The notes: a model not told the origin generated them from the letters alone. 64,000 nucleotides of DNA from Promethearchaeota archaeon (GCA_011364925.1 RDOA01000004.1:66265-130264); one strand, 5' to 3'; numbered from the stretch's first letter, positions 20,084 to 30,859 are shown. Numbers and translations: made by a program.

Positions 20084-21013
20084 CTACTCTTTAGAACTTT
20101 CAAGGATTAACCGAGCTTCATAAAGATTCAATTTTTTCCCAGATTTCTGCTTTTCTAAAGCAGCAGCTAGTTTTTCCTGTTTTATCTTCTCTAATTCTTC
20201 ATTCTTAATTGTTCTTTGATGTTTTAGCGCTCTAGGTTTTTTGGGCGTGTAAACGGGACGTTTTCCCTTTGATTCTTTTTTAATCTTACTCATAACGCGT
20301 AAAAATTTTTCGTGGTATTTATCTGCTGCTTTTTTGTTTTCAATTAATTCTTCTTCTAAGGTTTTCTTTTTTTCTCTTAATCCATTAACAATCTGGTAGA
20401 TTTCTTGCATTTTAGCATGGTAATCTTGAGATTTGTTTGACCATTTATTTAATTGTTCGTAAATCTTATTCAAATTCAACTTAACAATCTGGATCTTTCG
20501 TTCTAACTTAAAAAAATCACTGTTCTGTTGTTCAGCTAAGAATTCTTGCTTTATATGTGCTAATTCTCTGATTTTATCAACCATCGCATTTTCTTCGAGA
20601 ATGTCTAAATTCTCGATTTCTATTCTTCGCTCTAAATTTTCAATTTTTTTATCAATTTGTTTAATCGACACGAATTTGCCAGATTCTTTTCCTTTTTGAC
20701 TTTCTTTTAAAAGATCTTTCTTTTCCTCGTTGAATTTATCAAGTGTATTTTTATATTCGATCTTCTTATTTTTTAAATTCTTTACCTTGCTATTCCAATA
20801 ATCTCGCTTTTTCTTATAATCTTCCTTTATTATTGTTAGATTTCTTTCTATTTGAACATCAATTTCTTGTAACTCATTAATGTATTCTTTAGTTTTTTTA
20901 TTTAAATCATCCCGTTTCTGCCTAAATTCTTCGATTTGATTTTGAAGTTCCTTAAAAGAGTTTTTTGAATTTTGGGATGTATTTGTGTTTGCCCTACTCA
21001 TAGATAAATTCAT
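20084..21013 (-). CDS. Archaeal long coiled-coil protein (COG1340-like)
   Basis: Heptad-rich K/E sequence, KRDDLN, ADKYHE, C-terminal KSGKKLNLYE. Confidence 0.75.
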   Translation of the reverse strand: MNLSMSRANTNTSQNSKNSFKELQNQIEEFRQKRDDLNKKTKEYINELQEIDVQIERNLTIIKEDYKKKRDYWNSKVKNLKNKKIEYKNTLDKFNEEKKDLLKESQKGKESGKFVSIKQIDKKIENLERRIEIENLDILEENAMVDKIRELAHIKQEFLAEQQNSDFFKLERKIQIVKLNLNKIYEQLNKWSNKSQDYHAKMQEIYQIVNGLREKKKTLEEELIENKKAADKYHEKFLRVMSKIKKESKGKRPVYTPKKPRALKHQRTIKNEELEKIKQEKLAAALEKQKSGKKLNLYEARLILESSKE

Positions 21014-21214
21014 TAACGAGTATTTATAAAAAAGGTTGCATAAACAATGATTGAGTATTTCAATTTATCATTGATTTAATATTTTTGGTAAAATCTTGAT
21101 TATTTTTTTCTAAAGATAAAGAAAATTTACAGATTTGTATAAATCATCACCCAACAACTTAAGAACAATTCATTCATTAATAGAAGAATTCAGAGTGTAA
21201 AGGTAGAAATAATT

Positions 21215-22093
21215 ATGGGAGAAGATGTTATAAAAAAAGATGATTTGATCTATTTAATCCTCGATAGTCGAAGAAAGTGGCTGGTAACTGTAGAAGAAGG
21301 GGGTGAATTTCAAACTCATAAGGGTATCATAAAATTTGACGATATAATTGGGAAGCCATTCGGTTCTGTTGTCTTTTCCCAACCACATGAGACTCAAGGC
21401 TACAAATTCCATGTTCTTAAACCGTTACCCTCTGATTATGTAATTTACATGAGCCGTAAGACTCAAATCATTTATCCTGAAGATGCGGGATTAATCCTTA
21501 TTTATTCTGGAATTGGACCTGGTAGTAAAGTTATTGAAGCAGGATGTGGTTCTGGAGCGTTAACATGTATTTTAGGGAATTATGTTCGCCCTAATGGGTA
21601 CATCTTTTCTTACGACATTAGAAAAAAAAGCCTTAAAAAAGCATTAAGTAATATTCTCAAGGCTAAACTGCAAGATTTTGTTTCCATTCAATATGGAGAT
21701 ATTCTAACCGAGGACTTTGGACATGAGAATATTGATTCAATAGTTTTAGATATGCCTCAACCTTGGCGAGCAATTGAAAAAATTAAGAAATATCTTAAAC
21801 TTAGTGGAACATTAGTATCATTCTCACCCACAATAGAGCAAGTTAAAAAAACAAGTTCCGCTTTACAAAAAAACGGTTTTTTCGAAATAAACACATACGA
21901 GTTAATTAAGCGGAAGTATCAAGTTAAGGAGAACGCAACCCATCCTGAAGTGCGAATGATTGGGCATACTGGATATATTACATTTGGTAGAAAAATTAAT
22001 GATGTTAAAAATCCTTATCGCGAAAAAAAACCAAGAAAAGAAGAGTTTATCAATTTAACTGGAATGCCTTTACGAAGTGATGAGGAATCGTGA
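21215..22093 (+). CDS. trmI: tRNA (adenine-N1)-methyltransferase
   Basis: QTHKG, RKTQIIYPED, EAGCGSGALT, LDMPQPW, GHTGY. Confidence 0.95.
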   Translation: MGEDVIKKDDLIYLILDSRRKWLVTVEEGGEFQTHKGIIKFDDIIGKPFGSVVFSQPHETQGYKFHVLKPLPSDYVIYMSRKTQIIYPEDAGLILIYSGIGPGSKVIEAGCGSGALTCILGNYVRPNGYIFSYDIRKKSLKKALSNILKAKLQDFVSIQYGDILTEDFGHENIDSIVLDMPQPWRAIEKIKKYLKLSGTLVSFSPTIEQVKKTSSALQKNGFFEINTYELIKRKYQVKENATHPEVRMIGHTGYITFGRKINDVKNPYREKKPRKEEFINLTGMPLRSDEES

Positions 22094-22425
22094 TTGAATA
22101 TCAAGATTTTAAGAAAATTGATCTAAGAGTTGGTCTAATCAAAATATGCGAAATACTCCCAAAATCAAGGCATTTATATCGATTACTCGTAGATTGCGGA
22201 GAAAATCAATTAAGACAAATTATTACCGGCATTTCTGACTTTTATACACCAGAAGAACTAGTAAATAAAAAAATAGTTGTGTTGGTTAATCTTACTCCAA
22301 GAAAAATAATGGGATTAGAAAGTCAAGGAATGCTTCTAGCGGCAGATTTCAAGGGAGAACCCTTTTTGCTTAAAATAGACGAGAGAAAAGGTAAAAATGT
22401 GCCCGTTGGGAGCGTAATAAAATGA
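22090..22425 (+). CDS. Stand-alone tRNA-binding OB-fold protein (Trbp111/CsaA/MetRS C-domain)
   Basis: DFKKIDLRVG, NLTPRKIMGLESQGMLLAA; GTGA overlap with trmI. Confidence 0.9.
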   Translation: MIEYQDFKKIDLRVGLIKICEILPKSRHLYRLLVDCGENQLRQIITGISDFYTPEELVNKKIVVLVNLTPRKIMGLESQGMLLAADFKGEPFLLKIDERKGKNVPVGSVIK

Positions 22426-22845
22426 TTAAAACCCTTTTAATTTAACGCCAGTTTGGAATTCTTTCTTTTTCTTGTATCTTTCCGTTTTAAAATAATGTTT
22501 CTTCTTTCCGGGTAAAATATTGATATATTTTCTTAACACATCTTCTACAAACGCTTTTGTAGCCTTGTTTGGAATTCTTGCTGGATTAGATAAAACTGCG
22601 AGAATTTCCTTATCTTTAGAGTCTGGACTGAGACCAATATTTTTTATAGGGATATGAAATGAATGAATAAAATATCCCTCTCTTTTTTCTTCGTGAGCAA
22701 TGACTCTCAAGATATTTACTTCTTCTTTTTTTATTTTAAAATCAATAACTTTTTTACCAGGGCGTACGATTATTGTAATATAAAGTGGAATCTTATTTTT
22801 TGGGTCGTGAATTTTTTTTAAAAATTCATCCAGTTTGTTAACCAT
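22426..22845 (-). CDS. Basic hypothetical protein
   Basis: ORF trimmed to ATG 22845 (MVNKLDEF); no recognised motif. Confidence 0.65.
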   Translation of the reverse strand: MVNKLDEFLKKIHDPKNKIPLYITIIVRPGKKVIDFKIKKEEVNILRVIAHEEKREGYFIHSFHIPIKNIGLSPDSKDKEILAVLSNPARIPNKATKAFVEDVLRKYINILPGKKKHYFKTERYKKKKEFQTGVKLKGF

Positions 22846-22944
22846 TTTAAAGTATGAAGCTAATAAGTTCTGTAATATAAATAGTTTTAAAGTAGAATAA
22901 TTAATTAAATTTATTATTAGAATTAACTTAATCACGAAAAAATC

Positions 22945-23367
22945 ATGACCGTAGTATTAGAAACATTTGATCTAAAAACTAAAGCGTATTGTGATATAAT
23001 AAATATCACTTCCCAAGTTCAAGAAGCAATTAGAAAAAGCGGATTAATGAATGGCATCGTAAATGTTCATGTTGCAGGCTCAACAGGTGCCATATCAACT
23101 GTCGAATACGAACCCGGATTAGTCCAACACGATATTGAAGAGTTATTAGAAAAAATTACCCCATATAAAAAGGATTATGCGCATCACAAAACATGGCACG
23201 ATTATAATGGAGCTGGCCATCTAAGAAGTTTTCTCCTCAAAACATCCCAAACATTCCCATTTCATAAAGGAAAGTTAATCTTAGGCACGTGGCAACAGAT
23301 TATATTTGTGGAAAACGATGAAAAACCAAGGCATAGAAAAATTTTTATGACAATCATAGCAGAGTAG
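22945..23367 (+). CDS. yjbQ: YjbQ/UPF0047 family protein
   Basis: GSTGAI, YAHH, NGAGHLRS, LGTWQQI. Confidence 0.92.
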   Translation: MTVVLETFDLKTKAYCDIINITSQVQEAIRKSGLMNGIVNVHVAGSTGAISTVEYEPGLVQHDIEELLEKITPYKKDYAHHKTWHDYNGAGHLRSFLLKTSQTFPFHKGKLILGTWQQIIFVENDEKPRHRKIFMTIIAE

Positions 23368-23392
23368 TTCTTTAAAATAAAATGAAAAAGAT

Positions 23393-23614
23393 TTATAATC
23401 TTTTTGCTACATTGTTAAATTCATCTACGAGCATATTATATACTTCACGACGGCGTATATCTTCGAATCTATCTATCATTTTCACAATTGTTTCATGACG
23501 TTCTTGTATCATGCTTTTGAAGATTGGAATTTTTCGGACTAAATGCTCGAATTTATTCTTCTGAATTATTTGGTAGTTTAAAAATTCCAAAAAGTTGTTT
23601 TCTTCTTCGATCAA
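23393..23614 (-). CDS. Small hypothetical protein
   Basis: 73 aa ORF, GAGGA SD-like sequence before the TTG. Confidence 0.55.
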   Translation of the reverse strand: MIEEENNFLEFLNYQIIQKNKFEHLVRKIPIFKSMIQERHETIVKMIDRFEDIRRREVYNMLVDEFNNVAKRL

Positions 23615-23849
23615 TTACATCCTCTTTTTTAAATTGGTATTTTTACCATATTAAAATTAATTTCAATAAAAAATCGTAGTGTCATGTATGTATTTTTCAT
23701 GTAATATTGGAGATTTGCGATATAAGGACGCAAATTAGAAAAAGGCAATAAGGTTATAAAGAATAATTTTCACTTATATCTAAAAAATTTCACTAGAATC
23801 AACGATTAAAAAAGCTTGTAATATATTTGCTAAGAATTGGTGTGAAATC

Positions 23850-24785
23850 ATGGAACAGTTTATAAAGGTCATTATATCGGGATTAGATAATGCTGGTAAA
23901 ACTTCTATACTAACAGCACTAAATAAGAAATACGATTTTCATAAAGATATAATCTCTCTTACTCCAACTATTCGAGTTGAATACCAGGCAACAGAATTTC
24001 TAAAAAATCGAATAGTATTTTGGGATATGGGTGGCCAAGAGAAATATAGAGATATGTATCAAGAGAAACAAGAATTATATTTTTCAGATACAGATTTACT
24101 CATTTATATCATAGATATTCAAGACACGCAAAGAATTGAGACGTCTTTAATGTATTTAGATGCAATTTTGCATTACTTTGAGAAAAACAAAATGGATGTG
24201 CCGCTTATAATAAGCTTTCATAAATTCGACCCCGAACTTAGCGCAAACGAAGGTTTAATTAATGAAATCGAATCTTTAAGAGAACATCTATTAAAAAAAT
24301 ACTACTCCTTTAAAATTCTCTTCCAACAAACATCTATTTACGATGTAATTTCAATTATACAGTTGATATCTTATGGATTATCCGTATTTGACGAAAAGTT
24401 TTTCGATCTTTCTGAGTTATTAGAAAAATATCTTGTCCAATTCGAAAGTGAGTCATTAATTCTATTTGATAAAAACGGCATAATTTTAAGCGAATATTAC
24501 AACAAAATTATTGAACCCGAAGTATATATTGAACTTATAGAATCTATTAAAGAACATCTGTTTTTACTAAAAAGGATGCAAGAAGAATCATACGAAACTA
24601 ATTACGCATTGTCATCAATCGGAGAAGAGTTAATATCTTATCTACATAAAATTGAACTAGAAAGTGAGTCATTATTTATTTCAGTTGTTATTCAAGAAAC
24701 ATTAAAGGAACCCTTTTTAGAAAAATTTTCAGACTTCATGTCTGAATTAAAAGAAATCTTGAAACCTTTACTAACGCGTTCCTAG
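23850..24785 (+). CDS. Small GTPase with C-terminal roadblock/longin-like domain (Rag/Arf-like)
   Basis: G1 GLDNAGKTS, G3 WDMGGQ, G4 HKFD, G5 TSIYD; C-domain LILFDKNGIILSE. Confidence 0.9.
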   Translation: MEQFIKVIISGLDNAGKTSILTALNKKYDFHKDIISLTPTIRVEYQATEFLKNRIVFWDMGGQEKYRDMYQEKQELYFSDTDLLIYIIDIQDTQRIETSLMYLDAILHYFEKNKMDVPLIISFHKFDPELSANEGLINEIESLREHLLKKYYSFKILFQQTSIYDVISIIQLISYGLSVFDEKFFDLSELLEKYLVQFESESLILFDKNGIILSEYYNKIIEPEVYIELIESIKEHLFLLKRMQEESYETNYALSSIGEELISYLHKIELESESLFISVVIQETLKEPFLEKFSDFMSELKEILKPLLTRS

Positions 24786-24792
24786 TCAGCTT

Positions 24793-25890
24793 TTATTCTA
24801 TTTTTAAAAGCTCCCTTGCCTTGTCTATTAATTTTTCTTTCTTCTTCTGATGAGATTCAATAAATTTCAATACTTTTTCAATACATTGGGATTTATGTTC
24901 ACCGCACAGTAGCTCTCCTTTAACACAACGTTCAAATTCATCAGCTAAAACATCATCGTCTTCTTCAAAGTGATACATTAGCATCTTGTAAATCATACAT
25001 TTACCTGGCTCTCCCCCTAACTTTTGTTGTTCTTTCTTATTTTTACGCCCTCCCGTCAAAGCACCCTTCACTTTTTTTTCAATTGAGTCTAATGACTCAT
25101 TAAATGTGAAGGAACTATTAGGATTTCTCTTTGCCATCTTATCCGATCCATCTATGCCAGCTAAAAGATAATGATATGTTGCTCCTGGTAAGAAGAATGT
25201 TTTATAATATCTTCGTGTAAGATCTCGGGTAAGCCTTATATGTGGATCCTGATCAATACCTACTGGCACCACTGTTGGTTGTGGGCTTTCCATAATTTGA
25301 GGAAGAAGTATATCCCCTACCTGAATAAGAGATGCGATATAGAGTCCAAATGTTTTCTCACCATAGATAGCGTTTAACATGTTCTGAGTTACCAATCTAC
25401 TTACTTTAAAGCATACTTCTTGAACTAGCGGTTCTTTAGATTGTCTCCAAATATATGCTTTATCAGGTGATGGATCTAATCCAAATGCTAAAATATCAGC
25501 AACATTATCAATAGCGTGTGATTCCGCTTTTTCGTAAGGTATCCCATTATCTTCCCAAGACTCAATATCAGCAATACCATAATAGACAGTTCCTCCCATC
25601 TTCTGAAATTCAACTATTTCTAAAGCAGTAGTTGAAGTTCCTAAATGATACGGACCAGACGGTTTGATACCGCTCATTACCGCCCATGGCTTATTTTCCT
25701 CAATTGCCTTGAATATAGTTCCTAAATCGCGATGACCAAAAATTATTTTTCTTCTGAAAAATCTATTTTCTCGTAGTTTTTGTCTTAATACTTCGTTAAC
25801 TTCCTCAATTCCAAACTCTTTAATGATTCTTTCATAATCGTCCTCATCTAAAGGGCTCGAAGCTCCCCAAGGATCCAACATTTTTTTCAC
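24793..25890 (-). CDS. trpS: Tryptophan--tRNA ligase (archaeal type)
   Basis: LDPWG, GHRD, VPVGIDQDPHIRLTRD, ALTGGR; HLGT and KMAKR signature variants. Confidence 0.95.
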   Translation of the reverse strand: MKKMLDPWGASSPLDEDDYERIIKEFGIEEVNEVLRQKLRENRFFRRKIIFGHRDLGTIFKAIEENKPWAVMSGIKPSGPYHLGTSTTALEIVEFQKMGGTVYYGIADIESWEDNGIPYEKAESHAIDNVADILAFGLDPSPDKAYIWRQSKEPLVQEVCFKVSRLVTQNMLNAIYGEKTFGLYIASLIQVGDILLPQIMESPQPTVVPVGIDQDPHIRLTRDLTRRYYKTFFLPGATYHYLLAGIDGSDKMAKRNPNSSFTFNESLDSIEKKVKGALTGGRKNKKEQQKLGGEPGKCMIYKMLMYHFEEDDDVLADEFERCVKGELLCGEHKSQCIEKVLKFIESHQKKKEKLIDKARELLKIE

Positions 25891-26101
25891 ACATTACTTC
25901 TTAATAAATAAAAATATATTAGTGAATATAATAAAAATAGAAATCAATAAAAATTTTCATACAATTTTAGTCTATTTAAGGTATTAAATAATATTTTAAA
26001 CTTGTTTTCCCTTTTTTAACTTCAACTCATTCTAGAAATTTGGCATTATTTAAGAGTCTATAAGACCAAAATTAAATAATTTAGATTTTTCTGTTTTTAT
26101 T

Positions 26102-26512
26102 ATGATGACAGAAAATGAACATACAACTGAGGAAGAATGGAAAGAAAAATTAACAGAGGAGCAGTATAAAGTCCTACGATTAAAAGGAACTGAACGACCG
26201 TTTACAGGAAAATATTGGGATAACAAAGAAAAAGGAGTCTATTATTGTGCGGGATGTGGAACACCACTTTTTAATTCAAAATCTAAATTCAAGTCAGGTT
26301 CAGGTTGGCCTAGTTTTACAAACCCAATTGATGAGTCCAATGTTCATGAAGAACAAGACACTAGTCTTAATATGAGAAGAACGGAAGTTTTATGCAGTAA
26401 ATGCGGAGGACACTTAGGACATGTATTTGATGACGGTCCTAAACCAACTGGAATGAGATACTGTATTAATTCGATTTCTTTAGATTTTAAGCCAAAAAAT
26501 AAAGAAGATTAG
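26102..26512 (+). CDS. msrB: Peptide-methionine (R)-S-oxide reductase
   Basis: [29 protein letters not shown]. Confidence 0.97.
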   Translation: MMTENEHTTEEEWKEKLTEEQYKVLRLKGTERPFTGKYWDNKEKGVYYCAGCGTPLFNSKSKFKSGSGWPSFTNPIDESNVHEEQDTSLNMRRTEVLCSKCGGHLGHVFDDGPKPTGMRYCINSISLDFKPKNKED

Positions 26513-26533
26513 AATCGAATAGCTCTATAATTT

Positions 26534-27025
26534 TTATGAAAGAACAGTTGAAGTATTTTTATATTCTTTTAATACCATATTGGAATTAGTTTTAGTCACA
26601 TACTCTTTATCATTTAGTTCTCGAATAAAATTATGAACATCTTGCGCTTCTTTAAATCTACAGATCAGAGCTGCTGATTGCTCTCCTGTTGTATGAAAGA
26701 CAGAACAAACTTCTGGTTTTTTTGTGATTTCTTCAAGAATTTCTTGAGTATGTTTTCCATCAATATTAATTCTTATTAAAAATGTTAATTTATAACCTAA
26801 TATTTCGTTATTAAGCTTGAGCGTATAACCTTCAATAACATTATGTTCTTCTAATTTTGATATTCGGTTGTGAATTGTACCAATTGAGATTTTTAGTTCT
26901 TCTTTAATCTCTCGATATGACGTTTTTGCGTCAGCTTGCAAAGTTTTTATGATCGCTTCGTCGATTTCATCTAGAGTTATTTTTACTTTTTCCTCTCCAT
27001 TAACGATTATTTTTTCCTCTTTCAT
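26534..27025 (-). CDS. Lrp/AsnC family transcriptional regulator
   Basis: LDEIDEAII, HTH SIGTIHNRISKLE, RAM-type C-domain. Confidence 0.92.
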   Translation of the reverse strand: MKEEKIIVNGEEKVKITLDEIDEAIIKTLQADAKTSYREIKEELKISIGTIHNRISKLEEHNVIEGYTLKLNNEILGYKLTFLIRINIDGKHTQEILEEITKKPEVCSVFHTTGEQSAALICRFKEAQDVHNFIRELNDKEYVTKTNSNMVLKEYKNTSTVLS

Positions 27026-27044
27026 TTTTAATAAGCGATTTTTT

Positions 27045-27113
27045 TTGAAATTTTCAAATTTTTTGAAATTTTGTTGAAATTTTGTTCATTCAATAATGAG
27101 AAAAATTATTGAA
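27045..27113. promoter_or_regulatory. Repeat-rich operator candidate between the lrp gene and the thermosome gene
   Basis: TTGAAATTTT three times (27045, 27063, 27074) and inverted repeat TTCAATAAT-N7-ATTATTGAA (27089-27113). Confidence 0.4.
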
Positions 27114-27243
27114 CTAAATATAAAATTTGTGCTCTACATGTTTTTTAATTTTTAAATGATCTCCAAATCATAAAATTCATATAATTGGGGACATTAGAAA
27201 GTGATATAAGTTAAAAATTTAAATTACACGAAATGGTAAAATC

Positions 27244-28833
27244 ATGTCCGTACCCATAATAATTCTCAAAGAAGGAACAGAAGAAACGAAAGAAAAAGAA
27301 GCTCGGATGCAAAACATTAATGCTATTATGGCCATTACTGAAACTGTAAAATCCACTCTTGGACCAAAAGGCATGAATAAAATGCTTGTAGATTCTGTAG
27401 GAGATGTAACAATAACGAACGATGGTGCCGAAATTCTCAAGCAGTTAGATATCGATAATGTCGCTGCAAATATGATGGTAAATATTGCTAAATCTATTGA
27501 TGAAGACATTGGAGATGGCACAACGACAGCTGTAATTTTTTCGGCTGCATTATTGAGCAACGCTCTTGAACTTATAGAGCAAGACATCCATCCAAAACCT
27601 ATTACTCACGGTTATAAATTAGCAGCAGATAAAGCTTTAAAATTAGTAAATGAATTAGCTACAAAAATTACCCGAGATGATGATAAAGTTCTTCTAAATG
27701 TTGCTAAAACTGCCATGAACGCTAAAGATATCGTCGGAGTGAAAGATTATTTCGCTGATTTAACTTTAAAAGCGATAAAACATATAAGAGGAGAAGACGG
27801 TACCACTTTTTCTAAGGTAAATAATGTTAAAATCGTCAAAGCTCCTGGTAAATCCCTTAGAGATTCTGAATTGATAAATGGAGTCTATATTGAAAAAGAG
27901 AAAGTTAATTCTGCTATGCCTGATACCGTGAAAAATGCGAATATTGCAGTTATTAGAAGAAAACTGGATGTTGTCAAAACAGAATTTGACGCTCAAATAA
28001 GGATTTCAAATCCAGCAGATATTCAAAAATTTCTCGATCAGGAAGAAAAAATTCTAATTGATTACTTGAAAATTTTCAAAGATCTCGGTGTAAATATGAT
28101 TGTTAACAATAAGGACGTATCTGATAAATTTGGAGCTTACTTAGCAAAAGAAGGAATTGCAGCCATCAAAAATCTCGGAGATTCTGACATGAAAGCTGTA
28201 GCTAAAGCAGTTGGTGCCAAAGTAATAGACGATCTACATTCATTAACCAAAGAAGATCTAGGGTTCGCAGATCATATAAAATTTGAAAAGATTGGTAGCG
28301 ATGAGTATACTTTATTTACAGGGTGTAAAAATCCAAAATCAGTTTCAATTCTGCTTAAAGGTGGTTTAGAGAAAATTTTAAATTCTGCTGAGATCACCCT
28401 ACACGATGTATTATCAGTAGTAGCAAAAGTCATGGATACCGAAGCTATAGTTGCAGGTGGCGGAGCAATTTATATTGAACTTGCGAAAAGGCTAAGAGAG
28501 TACGCTAACCAAATCAGCGGTAAGGAACAACTTGCAGTAAACGCATTTGCAATTGCCCTCGAAGAAATTCCAAAAACCTTAATTAAAAACGCTGGTTTAG
28601 ACGAAATTGAGAATATGACTGAATTACGTGCTTCCCATAAAACTGAAGGCGATAAATGGAAAGGAATTGATACTATAACTAATGAAATTGGAGATAACTT
28701 TGAGAAGGGAATAATTGAACCCGCGGCTTTAATTAATCACGTAGTAAAAGCTGGAAGCGAATTAGCGAATTTAATTCTAAGAGTAGATAGAATTATTAGT
28801 GCTAAGGGTAGTAAACCTCCTGGATTAGGTTAA
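27244..28833 (+). CDS. Thermosome (group II chaperonin) subunit
   Basis: TLGPKGMNKML, TNDGAEIL, GDGTTT, GGGA. Confidence 0.97.
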   Translation: MSVPIIILKEGTEETKEKEARMQNINAIMAITETVKSTLGPKGMNKMLVDSVGDVTITNDGAEILKQLDIDNVAANMMVNIAKSIDEDIGDGTTTAVIFSAALLSNALELIEQDIHPKPITHGYKLAADKALKLVNELATKITRDDDKVLLNVAKTAMNAKDIVGVKDYFADLTLKAIKHIRGEDGTTFSKVNNVKIVKAPGKSLRDSELINGVYIEKEKVNSAMPDTVKNANIAVIRRKLDVVKTEFDAQIRISNPADIQKFLDQEEKILIDYLKIFKDLGVNMIVNNKDVSDKFGAYLAKEGIAAIKNLGDSDMKAVAKAVGAKVIDDLHSLTKEDLGFADHIKFEKIGSDEYTLFTGCKNPKSVSILLKGGLEKILNSAEITLHDVLSVVAKVMDTEAIVAGGGAIYIELAKRLREYANQISGKEQLAVNAFAIALEEIPKTLIKNAGLDEIENMTELRASHKTEGDKWKGIDTITNEIGDNFEKGIIEPAALINHVVKAGSELANLILRVDRIISAKGSKPPGLG

Positions 28834-28844
28834 ATCAGTATTAA

Positions 28845-28873
28845 TTTCTATTTTTTCTCTATTTTTTTATTTT
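28845..28873 (+). terminator. Putative oligo-T terminator
   Basis: T-runs directly after the thermosome stop. Confidence 0.45.
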
Positions 28874-28966
28874 AAAAAAGTTATAATTCTAAATACAATT
28901 CAATATTTCTCTAAAGCTTTTTAAAATCACTTTCACTCTTAAAGACATAAATTAAAAATTATTGAA

Positions 28967-30859
28967 ATGAATTATAAAGAAGCCTTTTCGGAATATATCG
29001 GAAATGGGTTAATTTCTCAAAAGGATACTGATAAACTATTTGCTTTACGAAATGAGCATGTCTTAGAGATCGTGAAAAAGTTTGTAGATTTGTGTAAACC
29101 TCGCAAAGTTACTGTAATATCAGATTCTAAGGAGGATATTGAGTATGTGAGGCAACATTCAATTCTTAATCGAGAAGAATCTAAACTTCAAATAGCAGGA
29201 CACACAATACATTACGATGGATATTACGATCAAGCAAGAGACAAGAACAACACTAAAGTTTTAGTTCCGAAAGGTGAATATAAAAGTCCATGGATTAACA
29301 CTATGGACAGAGAAGAAGGACTTAAAGATGTTTTCGACATTATGGATGGGTGTATGGAGGGAAAGGAATGTCTAATAAGATTTTTTTGCTTAGGACCTAT
29401 AAATTCAAAGTTCACGATAGGAGCACTACAACTTACAGACTCGTTTTATGTGGCTCATTCTGAAGATCTTCTATATCGAACTGGTTACGAAGAATTCAAG
29501 GAGTTAAATGGTTCTCCAGATTTTTTCTATTTTATCCATTCGGCTGGTGCACTTACAGGAACTCCTCCTGTAACTAAAAATGTAGATAAGCGTCGGATTT
29601 ACATTGATTTGCAAAAAAAAAGAGTCTTGACCGTGAACAATCAGTATGCCGGAAATTCTCTTGGATTAAAGAAATTAGCCTTACGCTTAGCAATACATAA
29701 AGCAAATAACGAAGATTGGCTTACAGAACATTATTTTATTTTAGGAGTTCGTCCGAAAGGAAAAAATCGAGTAACTTATTTTACTGGCGCGTTTCCAAGT
29801 GCTTGTGGGAAAACATCGACTGCGATGCTTCCAGGACAACTTATTGTAGGTGACGATATTGCTTTTTTGCGTTCATGGGAGGATGGTTTTGCTCACGCTG
29901 TTAATATAGAGAAAGGAATTTTTGGAATTATTAAAGATGTAAATGCGAAAGACGATCCTGTGATCTATGAAGCACTCACTACCCCAAGGGAATTAATTTT
30001 TTCTAATGTCCTTGTAAAAGACGGAAAACCTTATTGGATCGGAATGGGTATAGATCATCCTAAAAATGGTTTTAATCATTATGGCAATTGGGTTGAAGGG
30101 ATGAAGGATGAGGATGGAAATGTAATATCTCACGCTCATCCTAACGCTCGTTATACAATTAACCTTAGTGATCTGTCTAATTGCGATCCAAAACTAGAAG
30201 ATCCTAATGGAGTGCCCATCCATGGAATATTTTATGGTGGTAGAGACTCAGATACGATGCCTCCCATAATACAAAGCTTAAATTGGGAGCATGGAATATT
30301 TCTCGGAGCCACAATCGAATCTGAAACAACTTCAGCAACTCTTGGTACTGTAGGAGTTAGGACAGCTAGCCCTATGGCAAATCTCGACTTCTTAGTCGTT
30401 CCATTAGGTAAATATTTAAAAAATCACCAAAAATTTGGAAATCGGCTAAAATATTGTCCCCTTGTATTTGCAACAAATTACTTTCTTAAAGGAAAAGATG
30501 GAAAATATTTAAACGGTATTTTAGATAAAAAGATTTGGGTAATATGGGCAGAAGGAAGAACTAAGGGCGATTTTGATGCTATTAAAACGCCAATTGGCTA
30601 TATTCCCAAATACGATGATTTGAAACAGCTTTTCAAATTAGAATTAGGCAAAGATTATCTACAAGAAGATTATATTGAACAGTTCACTATTAGAATGGAT
30701 TTTCTGCTTGATAAATTAAACCGTGTTGAAGAGATGTATAAAACTGAAATGGAGATTCCAAAATTCTTCTGGGAAATTTTACAGGATCAAAGATCCAAAC
30801 TCATTGATTTAAAAAAACAATCTGGGAAGGAAAAAATCTCGCCCATGGAGTTAAATTAA
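28967..30859 (+). CDS. pckG: Phosphoenolpyruvate carboxykinase (GTP)
   Basis: YAGNSLGLKKLALR, AFPSACGKTSTAM, VGDDIA, HPNARY. Confidence 0.96.
   Translation: MNYKEAFSEYIGNGLISQKDTDKLFALRNEHVLEIVKKFVDLCKPRKVTVISDSKEDIEYVRQHSILNREESKLQIAGHTIHYDGYYDQARDKNNTKVLVPKGEYKSPWINTMDREEGLKDVFDIMDGCMEGKECLIRFFCLGPINSKFTIGALQLTDSFYVAHSEDLLYRTGYEEFKELNGSPDFFYFIHSAGALTGTPPVTKNVDKRRIYIDLQKKRVLTVNNQYAGNSLGLKKLALRLAIHKANNEDWLTEHYFILGVRPKGKNRVTYFTGAFPSACGKTSTAMLPGQLIVGDDIAFLRSWEDGFAHAVNIEKGIFGIIKDVNAKDDPVIYEALTTPRELIFSNVLVKDGKPYWIGMGIDHPKNGFNHYGNWVEGMKDEDGNVISHAHPNARYTINLSDLSNCDPKLEDPNGVPIHGIFYGGRDSDTMPPIIQSLNWEHGIFLGATIESETTSATLGTVGVRTASPMANLDFLVVPLGKYLKNHQKFGNRLKYCPLVFATNYFLKGKDGKYLNGILDKKIWVIWAEGRTKGDFDAIKTPIGYIPKYDDLKQLFKLELGKDYLQEDYIEQFTIRMDFLLDKLNRVEEMYKTEMEIPKFFWEILQDQRSKLIDLKKQSGKEKISPMELN

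Noticed and set aside
21100-21150. C/D box sRNA (GTGATGA on the minus strand)
   Set aside because: No properly placed CTGA D boxes.
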